DNA of 64,000 nt from an uncultured virus (IMG/VR IMGVR_UViG_3300019458_000025) (lineage: Duplodnaviria > Heunggongvirae > Uroviricota > Caudoviricetes): IMG/VR virus record IMGVR_UViG_3300019458_000025; one strand, written 5' to 3'. The notes beneath the pieces were generated by a model, which saw nothing but the letters and a program-made list of their open reading frames with translations, had not been told where the DNA came from and did not search any database. A program made the translations under genes and the position numbers. This document shows, piece by piece, positions 9,204-17,447 of this stretch. Position 1 is the first letter of the stretch; each line of letters opens with the position of its first letter.

Positions 9204-9685
9204 TCGGGACGGTGCTTGCCGTGAAACGGCAATGGGTCTATGATGCCCTGATCGAGAAGGGCCTCCTCCATGCGCGCGCCCACCATCTCGACCTGGGGAC
9301 CGGGATCGGCCTCGTCGCCGTGCGCGACCTGGAGACCTACCACGTCATCCCGCCCGAAGGCATGATCGACTCCATCCGGAAGGCCGCCGCCAAAGGGCTC
9401 CCCTGGCCGAAGCGGATGCCTCTTCCGGTCGTCGCCTGCGCCGGTCTGGATTGCCTGATCCTGGACGGGCATCATCGGATCGAGGCGGCAAGACGCCTCG
9501 GGCTCCAGGAAGTCCCCGCGGTCATCGCATCCCTTTCGGCTTGGGAGAGCCTGTTGCCGGTGATTGAACAGCCGGACGTGATCCCGTACGATGACTTCAT
9601 CGCGATCCTGGCCGAGGCCGGTTCCGAGGAGATCCGGGACAACCTGAAGCTGGAGCGGCAGGCCAGGCCGCAGTTTGGGTCGTAG
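9200..9685 (+). CDS. ParB/Sulfiredoxin-like N-terminal domain protein
   Basis: PVV...LILDGHHRIEAARRLGLQEVPAV. Confidence 0.8.
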   Translation: MIGTVLAVKRQWVYDALIEKGLLHARAHHLDLGTGIGLVAVRDLETYHVIPPEGMIDSIRKAAAKGLPWPKRMPLPVVACAGLDCLILDGHHRIEAARRLGLQEVPAVIASLSAWESLLPVIEQPDVIPYDDFIAILAEAGSEEIRDNLKLERQARPQFGS

Positions 9686-9701
9686 CGAGGATGGAGACGG
9701 C

Positions 9702-10028
9702 ATGGCAGGCGTCCCTTATCCGGTAACCGACCAGGTTCTGGCGGTCCTCCGTGCTGCCGAAATGGCGGGCGTCATGGACATCCTCGGCGATTGGGCGGAG
9801 TGGATCGGGTGGGCGAAGCCCGAATCGCCCGAAGAGGTCTTGATGTGGATGGAGGCCGTCATCGAGGAGGAAGAGGCGGCTGTCCAGGAGACCACGGACG
9901 CCGAGGAAATCCAGGAATCCCAGGAGAGGATGCGGCTTCTGGGCTCGTTCGCCGACCGGCTCCGTGACCTCGGCGTCTCTGCGCCTCTTCCTCCCTGGAT
10001 GAAGAGGAGGAAACGCTGGGGATTCTAG
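9702..10028 (+). CDS. Hypothetical protein with C-terminal RKRWG motif
   Basis: GGAG RBS; ends MKRRKRWGF; last + strand gene. Confidence 0.75.
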   Translation: MAGVPYPVTDQVLAVLRAAEMAGVMDILGDWAEWIGWAKPESPEEVLMWMEAVIEEEEAAVQETTDAEEIQESQERMRLLGSFADRLRDLGVSAPLPPWMKRRKRWGF

Positions 10029-10083
10029 GGCAGGTTCACGGCTTTCTCCGCTCCGGGAAGGGCCGCTCGATCTTGAAGCCCGG

Positions 10084-10308
10084 CTAAAACCGGCGCCTGG
10101 CGTAAGCGGCTCGGCTGACCTTCTGGACGTACTTCAGCGTCGCGAGTTCTCCCTTGCATTTCGCGCACGCGGCGACATGGCCCTCGGCCTTTCGCCTCTC
10201 GGCGCCACGGAACTCGCCGTCGAAGAAATAGGAAAGCCCGAGCTTCGAGAGGTGAGCGCCGCGCCAGAAGACCGGGAACCTTGGAACCGAAGCCGAACGA
10301 CGGGTCAT
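10084..10308 (-). CDS. Stand-alone zf-HC2 (ZAS anti-sigma-like) zinc finger
   Basis: HLS...LSYFFDGEF...R..AEGHVAACAKC (HxxxCxxC); GGAGG RBS; ATGA overlap. Confidence 0.7.
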   Translation of the reverse strand: MTRRSASVPRFPVFWRGAHLSKLGLSYFFDGEFRGAERRKAEGHVAACAKCKGELATLKYVQKVSRAAYARRRF

Positions 10309-10529
10309 GGTTCCTCCGTCAAGGGGACGTTTTCCGCCGGTGGGTCGTGCGCGGGAGGAGCGGACCGGCACTTTGAGCAGAGGAGATCCTCTGGTCTGGG
10401 CTCTCCATAGAGCCCGAGTTCGCAGGCCGACAGCGTGATGATGATCTCCGAACGGCAGCGGTAACACGGCCGGGTCAGGCGGATCTGTTTTTCGCTGAAA
10501 TTGATCGTCGGCTTCACGGCGTCCTCCAT
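10305..10529 (-). CDS. Zn-ribbon protein
   Basis: CYRC...CSKC. Confidence 0.6.
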   Translation of the reverse strand: MEDAVKPTINFSEKQIRLTRPCYRCRSEIIITLSACELGLYGEPRPEDLLCSKCRSAPPAHDPPAENVPLTEEP

Positions 10530-10870
10530 TCCGGGAACGGCCGTTCGATCTTACGATCCCACCAGGCGTAGCGCCAGCCTCGAAAACCGAGAATCGGCGC
10601 CTGGATCGTGACGGCGATCGCGCCGCCTCCTCGAACGAAAACGACTTGTCCGAAGGAGAGCGGAGCGACCAGGCGGATAAGGGGCGCGTAACCGCGGAGC
10701 TTCCCATTATGGACGACGTAGACGCGCTCGCCGGGTTCTATCCGGGGCCGCGCGCCCCAGGTGTAGAAGCCCCATTCCTCACCGGTCCATGGTTCTCCGG
10801 CCCGGTCCCCTTCGGCGATCCAACGGTCCCAGCCGAAGCTCTTGGGGACGGTGACGACGACGTCAGGCAT
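10514..10870 (-). CDS. Hypothetical protein, possible ASCH/EVE (PUA-like) fold
   Basis: RPRIEPGERVYVVHNGKLRG and GFRGWRY pattern. Confidence 0.55.
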   Translation of the reverse strand: MPDVVVTVPKSFGWDRWIAEGDRAGEPWTGEEWGFYTWGARPRIEPGERVYVVHNGKLRGYAPLIRLVAPLSFGQVVFVRGGGAIAVTIQAPILGFRGWRYAWWDRKIERPFPEWRTP

Positions 10871-11258
10871 CCCGCTTGACCGGCGTCCCGCGCTTCACCG
10901 GGACCGGCCTCCGGAGGATCGTCGCGAATCCCGGGGTCTTCTCGCCCACGTAGGCGCCGGTCACGTTGAAGTTGAAGTATTCGAGGGCGTCGTCGTGCGT
11001 CATCCCGTCGCGCGCGACCAGGATCTCGATGCACTTCTCACGGTCGTAGAGCGCGATCGTCCGGTTGAAGATCTCGGCGTAGCCGATGAGGGCCTCCTCG
11101 AAACCGTCCGCGAGAAGGATCTGCTCGTCCATCGAGGCGAGGATCTCCTTCACTTCCTTGAAGCCCAGCCCTCCGCCAGGACCGAGCGAGCGCGCGACCG
11201 GGCTTTCCCCGGGCCGCTTTCCTCCCGGGGAGTCCTTTGCGCGTTTGCGTGACGTCAT
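10863..11258 (-). CDS. Conserved phage hypothetical protein
   Basis: ADGFEEALIG..YDREKCIEIL..DGMT..DALEYF.FNV.GAYVGEKTP, a motif I recognise from phage proteins. Confidence 0.8.
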   Translation of the reverse strand: MTSRKRAKDSPGGKRPGESPVARSLGPGGGLGFKEVKEILASMDEQILLADGFEEALIGYAEIFNRTIALYDREKCIEILVARDGMTHDDALEYFNFNVTGAYVGEKTPGFATILRRPVPVKRGTPVKRDA

Positions 11259-11860
11259 GGGGTGTCTCCTTCAGGCGCCGTGAAGATTCCGAACCCGCTG
11301 AAATGGAGATCCTTTCCCGTGTCGATCTTCTCGTACGGCAGTTCGTTCCAAAAGCGCTCCATCCCGGGGTTGAGATGGATGTCGTCCATGAGGACGAGCG
11401 CTCCCTTTGACATGAACTTCTTGTAGAGCGCCCATTCATGGGCCACCTGGCCATAGTCGTGGAGCGCGTCGATGAAAAGAAGATCTATGCCCTGAAGGTC
11501 GATCGTCCCGTAGCTTCGCAAATCGAGATCGTTTCCGACCACGATCTTGAGCCTCGGATCGGATTTCCAGAATTCCAGGTCTTGACGGGGGCTCTGGTGG
11601 ATCTCGATGGTGATGAGCGTCGAGTCCTTCGGAAGCGTGAGCATCATGAAGGATGCCGAACGCCCGATATCGGTTCCAAGCTCAAGGATCTTCGCTGGCT
11701 TGAGAATACGCACGAGCCTGCTTAGGTATGAATAGTACTGGATGGCTTTCTCACCTACGTAGTGGAGGTACTGAGGCTTCGAAAGCCCTCCGCTCATGCG
11801 GGGATCGTACTCCGGCACTTCCGCGCTCAGCACCCGTTCGTGAACTTCTTGAAGGTTCAA
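11255..11860 (-). CDS. Class I SAM-dependent methyltransferase (Methyltransf_24-like)
   Basis: ILELGTDIGRS, IDLLFIDALHDY, GALVLMDD. Confidence 0.9.
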   Translation of the reverse strand: MNLQEVHERVLSAEVPEYDPRMSGGLSKPQYLHYVGEKAIQYYSYLSRLVRILKPAKILELGTDIGRSASFMMLTLPKDSTLITIEIHQSPRQDLEFWKSDPRLKIVVGNDLDLRSYGTIDLQGIDLLFIDALHDYGQVAHEWALYKKFMSKGALVLMDDIHLNPGMERFWNELPYEKIDTGKDLHFSGFGIFTAPEGDTP

Positions 11861-11869
11861 TGCCGGTCC

Positions 11870-12754
11870 TCACAACAAATGGAAATCAAGGAGGATCTTT
11901 GTCACCCGATGGGCGTACGTGTGGTTACCGAGGATATGCTCGTAGCCCTGCTTGGCGATCTTTCGGCGGTCTTCGTCGTGACTTGCGTAATACCGCAGCT
12001 TGTAGATGAAATCCCCGTAGGTGTCATCGTACGAGACGTAGTGGACGCCGTCCCGGGCGATCATGTCGATTCCGTTATACGCCTTCGTTCGATTCATGAG
12101 CATGAACCCGCCGCTTCCGATGCACTCGAAGAAGCGGGTTCCGAGATTGTCGTATATGGTCCGGTCAAAGAGAACGCGCGCCTGATTATAGACGAGATTC
12201 GCGCCCTCTCCCCAGGCGCCCATCCCGGCGTAGCCCAGGAGGCCAGGTTCGTCCCTTAGCTTCCACAGGAACTCCGCTCGCGATAGGCCCTTCCTGCAAA
12301 TGACCGAGTCCTGCTGACCGATGAACGCATAGTGGTAGAGGAGATCGGCATTTATGGGACGGAAGCACGCCGGATGGACCGCCATCGGAAGCCACTCGAC
12401 GTTGAATGCCTGGCTTCGGAGCGTCGTCGCCGAAAGCCATTCCGCGAAGTAAGACCGGTCGAAGAGTTCGGTCAACTGCGCGGGGAAGACGAACGACCAG
12501 TGGAAGGAATCCCACCAGTAGAACGCCCTGGGCGTAAACGGATACTTGTGGACCTGGTAGAGCGATGGATGGAAATCCAGGAAGAAGTAGAGATCCAGCC
12601 CTTTCGGCATCTCCATCCAGTTCCACCATGTAAACCGGGAGATTTCGACGTCCGGGCGCTCCCGGAGCGCGCCCTCGAAGAACTCCCAATGGGCGCTCCA
12701 TTTGGCCGGGTCCGGGCGTTCGTCTGTGGTGATGAATGCGATTCTTAGCGCCAT
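11870..12754 (-). CDS. Glycosyltransferase (CgeB/Glyco_trans_1_2-like)
   Basis: WLPMA, AFIG, RFFECIGSGGF, R.KIA..GYE..L.NHTY.HR. Confidence 0.85.
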   Translation of the reverse strand: MALRIAFITTDERPDPAKWSAHWEFFEGALRERPDVEISRFTWWNWMEMPKGLDLYFFLDFHPSLYQVHKYPFTPRAFYWWDSFHWSFVFPAQLTELFDRSYFAEWLSATTLRSQAFNVEWLPMAVHPACFRPINADLLYHYAFIGQQDSVICRKGLSRAEFLWKLRDEPGLLGYAGMGAWGEGANLVYNQARVLFDRTIYDNLGTRFFECIGSGGFMLMNRTKAYNGIDMIARDGVHYVSYDDTYGDFIYKLRYYASHDEDRRKIAKQGYEHILGNHTYAHRVTKILLDFHLL

Positions 12755-12760
12755 AAACGC

Positions 12761-13906
12761 TCAGCGGGATCTATCGGCATAGGATTCTCGAAACTCCTCC
12801 TCGCAATGGGGGCAGAACTGCCAGGCGTGCTCCGATTGCCAGGTCCCAACGAAGCCGCAGCGGTGGCAGACCTGCTGACCGGACGCGAGTTTCTCGAATT
12901 TCGCGACCGCGAGCGCCACGGCTTCGTCGGGCGTCCATCCTCCCGGCGAGAGCCACTTCTCGGCTTCCGCGTTGGTCGAACAGTTCTTGACGCAGATGAG
13001 GTCCCGTTGGGGTCCCGTCCAGACGCCTGCGTGCCAGCGCGGGCCGCAGCCCTTGCGCTTGTATTTCCACCCGGGATTGGCATACCAAAGGTCCGTCCAT
13101 CCGCGGTCGTGGAATTGCTCCCACAACGCATGGTTGGAGGCCCGCAAGATAGCCTTCGGACGCTTCGCGGCGCGTTTTCTCACCTGAGCTTCACCGTGAT
13201 CGACGCATCGAATGGAAGACGGCCGGACTTGTCGGTCATGATCGAGAACTTTCCTCCCAGGGACTCGGCGATCGAGATGAGGTAGAGGATCGTGCTCTGG
13301 TCCATCCCGTACGTCCGGACGGTGACCTTGAGGAACTTCCCCTGGTCTTGGACCTCGTACCGGTCGATCCGCATCGCGCGTTCATAGAGCTTCCGCTCGA
13401 TGGTTCGTAGAATCGGCGGCGGCGCCCCGCTCACTTCTTCTTGCCTTTTCGGTCTTTGAGCGCCGAGGCGATGTCCTGGATCTGGGCCAGCTTCTCCAGG
13501 GCGACCACCTTGGACTCGACCTCGTAGTCGTCGCACGTCATTTTAGGGTTCTCCTGGCCATGGCCTCCCCGGTGAACTTCTGGGCCGCCGCTTTCGTGGC
13601 CGCGGCGAGCCACAGGCGCTCTTCGTCGGTCATCCCGACCTCAAGAAGCCGGGGAAGCTCGATGACGAGGTCGAAAAGGCTCATCTTCTCGATCTGGAAC
13701 CAGTTGACCGAGTCGATCGAGCAGGACTTCCAGTCGAAGTGAGACCCGGTAAGGTGGATCTCCTTCTCGGTCGCCAGGTAGGCCCACTGGCGCGGTCCGG
13801 GGCTCTCGAAGAAGCCGAAGAAATCCGCGGTTCCGTGGCCTCCCGGGGAGGCCCAGTTCGGGGGCCTCCGGAGATCCTTGTTCTGCGTCCCGATCGGCAG
13901 TCCCAT
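12761..13906 (-). other. Run of four hypothetical CDS: 12761..13183 (C-terminal Zn ribbon), 13180..13434, 13431..13541, 13538..13906
   Basis: GTGA/ATGA translational coupling; CHRC...CPHC in the first. Confidence 0.6.
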
Positions 13907-13908
13907 GG

Positions 13909-14535
13909 CTACCCGTTCCCCCGGGTGAAGATTTCCTGCTGATCGCCCCGGACGACGAGCATGCTCCGCGAGGCGCTTTCGACCTTCTCCCCCAGGAGAA
14001 TCTCGCCCAGGAAGAGGCCGAAATGGTCCATGACGAGCGATCCGGGGCCGTCCAGGATCTCGAACATCGGGCCGGTCAAGATGTCCGGGACGTACATGAA
14101 CTGCTGGCCGAGGCGCCGCCCGTCGTCCTCGCAGGCTTCCCGGGGGCCGACCGCGAAATGGGTCCGGCAGCCCATCGGGCGGTCGGCGTAGATCCGACAT
14201 TCTCCGTTCTTGAGGAACGGGCAGGGAAGCCTGAGCTTCCGGTAGTCGGCGACGTGCGGGGTTTTGGCCTGTAGGATGGCGGACGCCTTGATCGCGTCCA
14301 TCCAGGTCCGGATGCGCTCCCGGATCTCGGCCCGCTCCTCCTCCGGGAGAGCCTCGGCGGCTTCGAGCGCGAGCGCGGCCTCGCGGCGCTCGGCGTAGAC
14401 GGGTTCGTAGCAGCAGGCGAAGCATCCGCGACGGCAACTGGGGACGATGCCTTTCCGGGCGCCCTGTTCCTGCGCCAGCACCAGGTACCGATCGACGGTG
14501 CGATGGGCCTTCCGGACGGATTCGAGATCGCTCAT
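13909..14535 (-). CDS. YkgJ-family cysteine-cluster (CxxxCxxCC) protein
   Basis: CRRGCFACC, CPFL..GECRIY..RP..CR. Confidence 0.9.
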   Translation of the reverse strand: MSDLESVRKAHRTVDRYLVLAQEQGARKGIVPSCRRGCFACCYEPVYAERREAALALEAAEALPEEERAEIRERIRTWMDAIKASAILQAKTPHVADYRKLRLPCPFLKNGECRIYADRPMGCRTHFAVGPREACEDDGRRLGQQFMYVPDILTGPMFEILDGPGSLVMDHFGLFLGEILLGEKVESASRSMLVVRGDQQEIFTRGNG

Positions 14536-15254
14536 TCGACCGGCACCGGCGCGGGGACCCGGGCGAACGTGACCACCCAGACCCAGGGATGGGTGTCCCA
14601 GGGATGCTTCTTCTCGAACGGCCCCTTCGCCCAGCGGGTCCGGAACGCCTCGACCGGGCTTCGCTCCCAGTTCTTGTCGTCCTTGGGGATGCCGTACCAG
14701 CCGCAGTCACCGTCCGCGTGGACGATCTGGATGCCCTCGTGGGCGCAGTCGAAGGGGATGACCTCGGAAAGGCGCTCCACGCGGACGTCCTCGATCGCAA
14801 GGTCGATCCGGGACGCCCACCGGGGCATCTGAGCGGCCGAGCGCCACTTCCGGTAGAAATGCCACTCCTCTTCAAGCGATTGGCGATCGGCCGCGTACCG
14901 GAGATAGCGCCTGGCACGCTCGGTGCCGGGCTGGTCGAGAAGATCCTCCCGGGGCGCCCACTTCTCCTGCACCCAAAGCCGGTCTCCTTTTCGGCCGAAC
15001 GGAGAGAGCACGGGCTTCGTCCGGTCGTTCCAGGCTGCGTTGCGTCCGCGGCTACGGAGGACCCAGCCGCTCTCCGGGTTCGTCGTGTTGTAGAGTCCCG
15101 CTTCGAGCCCGGTGAACGAGAGGTTGAGGCCCTTTTCGAGGGGTTCCCAGCGGACCGGACGCCGGGTCTGGGTCATCGCGTCCTGGAGAATGAGCCCGAT
15201 GACGTCCGAAGGGAACGCGATCGGCCGCTCGACGACGACTTGGGCGTTTCCCAT
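14532..15254 (-). CDS. Conserved phage ASCH-like protein
   Basis: ERPI.F..TQTRR, PFG..GDRLWV.E.W, MPRWASRI.L.I.DVRVERL, PWVWV. Confidence 0.8.
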   Translation of the reverse strand: MGNAQVVVERPIAFPSDVIGLILQDAMTQTRRPVRWEPLEKGLNLSFTGLEAGLYNTTNPESGWVLRSRGRNAAWNDRTKPVLSPFGRKGDRLWVQEKWAPREDLLDQPGTERARRYLRYAADRQSLEEEWHFYRKWRSAAQMPRWASRIDLAIEDVRVERLSEVIPFDCAHEGIQIVHADGDCGWYGIPKDDKNWERSPVEAFRTRWAKGPFEKKHPWDTHPWVWVVTFARVPAPVPVE

Positions 15255-15377
15255 GCTGTTTCCCCTTCCAGGGAACCTACGGATGGCCTCTTTCCGCGTC
15301 CGGAACCCGGGTTCCGGCGCAGGATTTCGCAAAACCTATCGAAATAGCCCTTTACGGCCCTTACAACCGGTTTCTGG

Positions 15378-15420
15378 GCCGGTCGGGGCCCGAAGAGTCA
15401 ACTTCGGGCCCCGGACCGGC
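15378..15420. terminator. Long GC hairpin downstream of the vWA gene (terminator-like, no U-tract)
   Basis: GGGGCCCGAAG-AGTCAA-CTTCGGGCCCC, extended by GCCGGTC/GACCGGC. Confidence 0.5.
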
Positions 15421-15444
15421 TTGGCCCCGGCCCCACGCGCCGCC

Positions 15445-16239
15445 CTACGGCGTCCCGAAACCTCCCATCGCCGCCTGCGAGAAGCTGGCCGCGCCCTGGC
15501 TCGCGCGGACGGCGCTCTGGGAGAACACCTGGAACGCCTTCCGGATCTCCTTCTCGTTGTTCCCGGGCGTCAGAATCCACTCCTTCCGGACGCCCATCGC
15601 GTCGAAGACCTGGTGGAAGTCGGTACGGCCGTCGTCGATGCCCATCGCCGCGATGATGTGCTTCTCGCGCTTGAGCATGTCCTCGACGATCGCCCGAGCG
15701 TCGCGCGCGGAGCCGCGGGACCCCTCGTCATTCCCGTCCGTGATGATCGCCGTGATCGACCGGCAGGGGACGCCGCAGTCCTCGAACTCCTTGGTCTTGG
15801 CGAGGACGGTCCCCAGGATCACGACGGTCTGGTCGTAGAGCGGGGTCCCGCCGTTCGGGTTGTAGTTCTGGGCGTCCATCTTCTTGGCGTCGTCGATCTT
15901 GACGTACGGGAAAAGGACGTCTCCGTTCAGGTAGCGCGTGTGGACGAGGAGCGAGTCCTTCTGCTTTGTGCCGACGAGGGACGCGAGGACCAGGTTGTGG
16001 CCGTCCCGGACGAGTTGCGCGTTCTGCGCGAACCGGATCGACCCGGAGTCGTCGATCAGCATGGTCACGAGGACGACTTCCGCGGCCTGGACGTCCTCGG
16101 CGGCGACGCCGAGGCCCGCCTGGATCTGGGCGCCGATGTCGATCGCGCCGGTCAGCACCTGCATGGACGCCATCGAAAGGTCGCCCTCCTTGTGGGCGTT
16201 CTTGAGGAGGTCCGTCACGCTCGAAGAGGTCTTGCTCAT
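15445..16239 (-). CDS. vWA domain protein (TerY-like)
   Basis: MIDAS DDSGS, GGTPLYD, IITDG. Confidence 0.9.
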   Translation of the reverse strand: MSKTSSSVTDLLKNAHKEGDLSMASMQVLTGAIDIGAQIQAGLGVAAEDVQAAEVVLVTMLIDDSGSIRFAQNAQLVRDGHNLVLASLVGTKQKDSLLVHTRYLNGDVLFPYVKIDDAKKMDAQNYNPNGGTPLYDQTVVILGTVLAKTKEFEDCGVPCRSITAIITDGNDEGSRGSARDARAIVEDMLKREKHIIAAMGIDDGRTDFHQVFDAMGVRKEWILTPGNNEKEIRKAFQVFSQSAVRASQGAASFSQAAMGGFGTP

Positions 16240-16352
16240 TGGCCATTTCTCCTTGTCGAAAAGAAGACGGATACCGAAAACATCATCACGAACAGCATGA
16301 GGAAGAGCGCGACCCCCAGGGCCGCGCCTTCCGGATCTTCCGCCCGGTTCAT
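16236..16352 (-). CDS. 38-aa single-pass membrane micro-protein
   Basis: Manual translation MNRAEDPEGAALGVALFLMLFVMMFSVSVFFSTRRNGQ; stop overlaps the vWA ATG. Confidence 0.55.
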   Translation of the reverse strand: MNRAEDPEGAALGVALFLMLFVMMFSVSVFFSTRRNGQ

Positions 16353-16359
16353 GGTCTTC

Positions 16360-17418
16360 CTAGAGGCCGATGCCCTCCCAGTCCTCGATCGGGGTCGTGC
16401 TCTCGACGACGTGCATGCCCGCGTCGGCGAACTTCTTGAGGGCCTCGTCCGCCTGGGGCGTGAAGTCGGCGTAGAATCCGCCCTTCCCGTCCGGGACCGC
16501 GACCGCGCTCATGCAGTCCTTGAGGACATAGACCTTCTTGACGAGCTTCGGGTCCTGCGCGTTGATTGCCGTCAGGAGATCCTCGATCGAGGACTTGACG
16601 CAGTGGGAGGCCGCCTGCCCGGCGATGACGACGGCGTCGGCTTCGAGCAGGGTCTTGATGAAGCGGGTGTTCCGCTGCGCGATCGGCTTCCCCTCGTGCG
16701 TGGTCAGGACTTCCGGGGAGAGCACGCTGTAGTTCTCGGTGAGGAGGTTCCCGCCCTTGACCTCGACCCCGGCCGTCCCGGTCCGCGCGAAGGCGTGGAA
16801 GCTCCGGGCCTCCTCGATGACGCCGACCAGGGTGTGGCCGGAGGTCCCGAGCAGGCAGTGGTAGGGCCAGAGGTAGAGGTTGTACTTCCCGGCCTTCTCC
16901 AGCGTCTCGCAGTAGTGCCGGACGTAGGACATGAGCCAGCCGTAGTTCCCGCCGCAGACGATGGCGGCGACGGCGGGGTTCGGCTTCACGTTCCCGGCCC
17001 GGATCTCCTCGCTCTTGACGACGGTGTGCGGGGCGAGCGCCTTCCCGTCCTTGTCCTGCCAGAAGGACGGGAAGAAGATCTGGTGCCGGAAGTGCGTGTC
17101 CATGGTCGGCGTGATCTCCGTGATCACGCCCAGGTTCCGGTAGATGAACTCCGCGATCCTCTTCGAGTCCTCGATCGCCCCGTCGCCCTTCCGGCCGCCG
17201 ACGTAGAGCGTCCCCTTCGGGAAGCAGAAGTCCTTCTGGGCGTCGATGAGGAGGAGGTGGATCTTCGTCTTGTCGTGCGAGCCCGGCTTGATCCCGTGCT
17301 TCCTGGCCCAGGACACGGCCTCCTGCTCGATCTGGGCCTCGTCGGGCCCGTAGTTCCAGTCTTCGGCGTTCTTGGGCTTCCAGAACGGCGGGGCCGGGAG
17401 CTTGAGGGCGGTCACCAT
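16360..17418 (-). CDS. Nicotinamidase/isochorismatase-family cysteine hydrolase
   Basis: LIDAQKDF, TMDTH, WPYHC, EVKG, GQAASHCV catalytic and metal motifs; AAAGGAG RBS. Confidence 0.9.
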   Translation of the reverse strand: MVTALKLPAPPFWKPKNAEDWNYGPDEAQIEQEAVSWARKHGIKPGSHDKTKIHLLLIDAQKDFCFPKGTLYVGGRKGDGAIEDSKRIAEFIYRNLGVITEITPTMDTHFRHQIFFPSFWQDKDGKALAPHTVVKSEEIRAGNVKPNPAVAAIVCGGNYGWLMSYVRHYCETLEKAGKYNLYLWPYHCLLGTSGHTLVGVIEEARSFHAFARTGTAGVEVKGGNLLTENYSVLSPEVLTTHEGKPIAQRNTRFIKTLLEADAVVIAGQAASHCVKSSIEDLLTAINAQDPKLVKKVYVLKDCMSAVAVPDGKGGFYADFTPQADEALKKFADAGMHVVESTTPIEDWEGIGL

Positions 17419-17447
17419 GCGTTTTCTCCTTTCTTCCAGGCTTCCGG

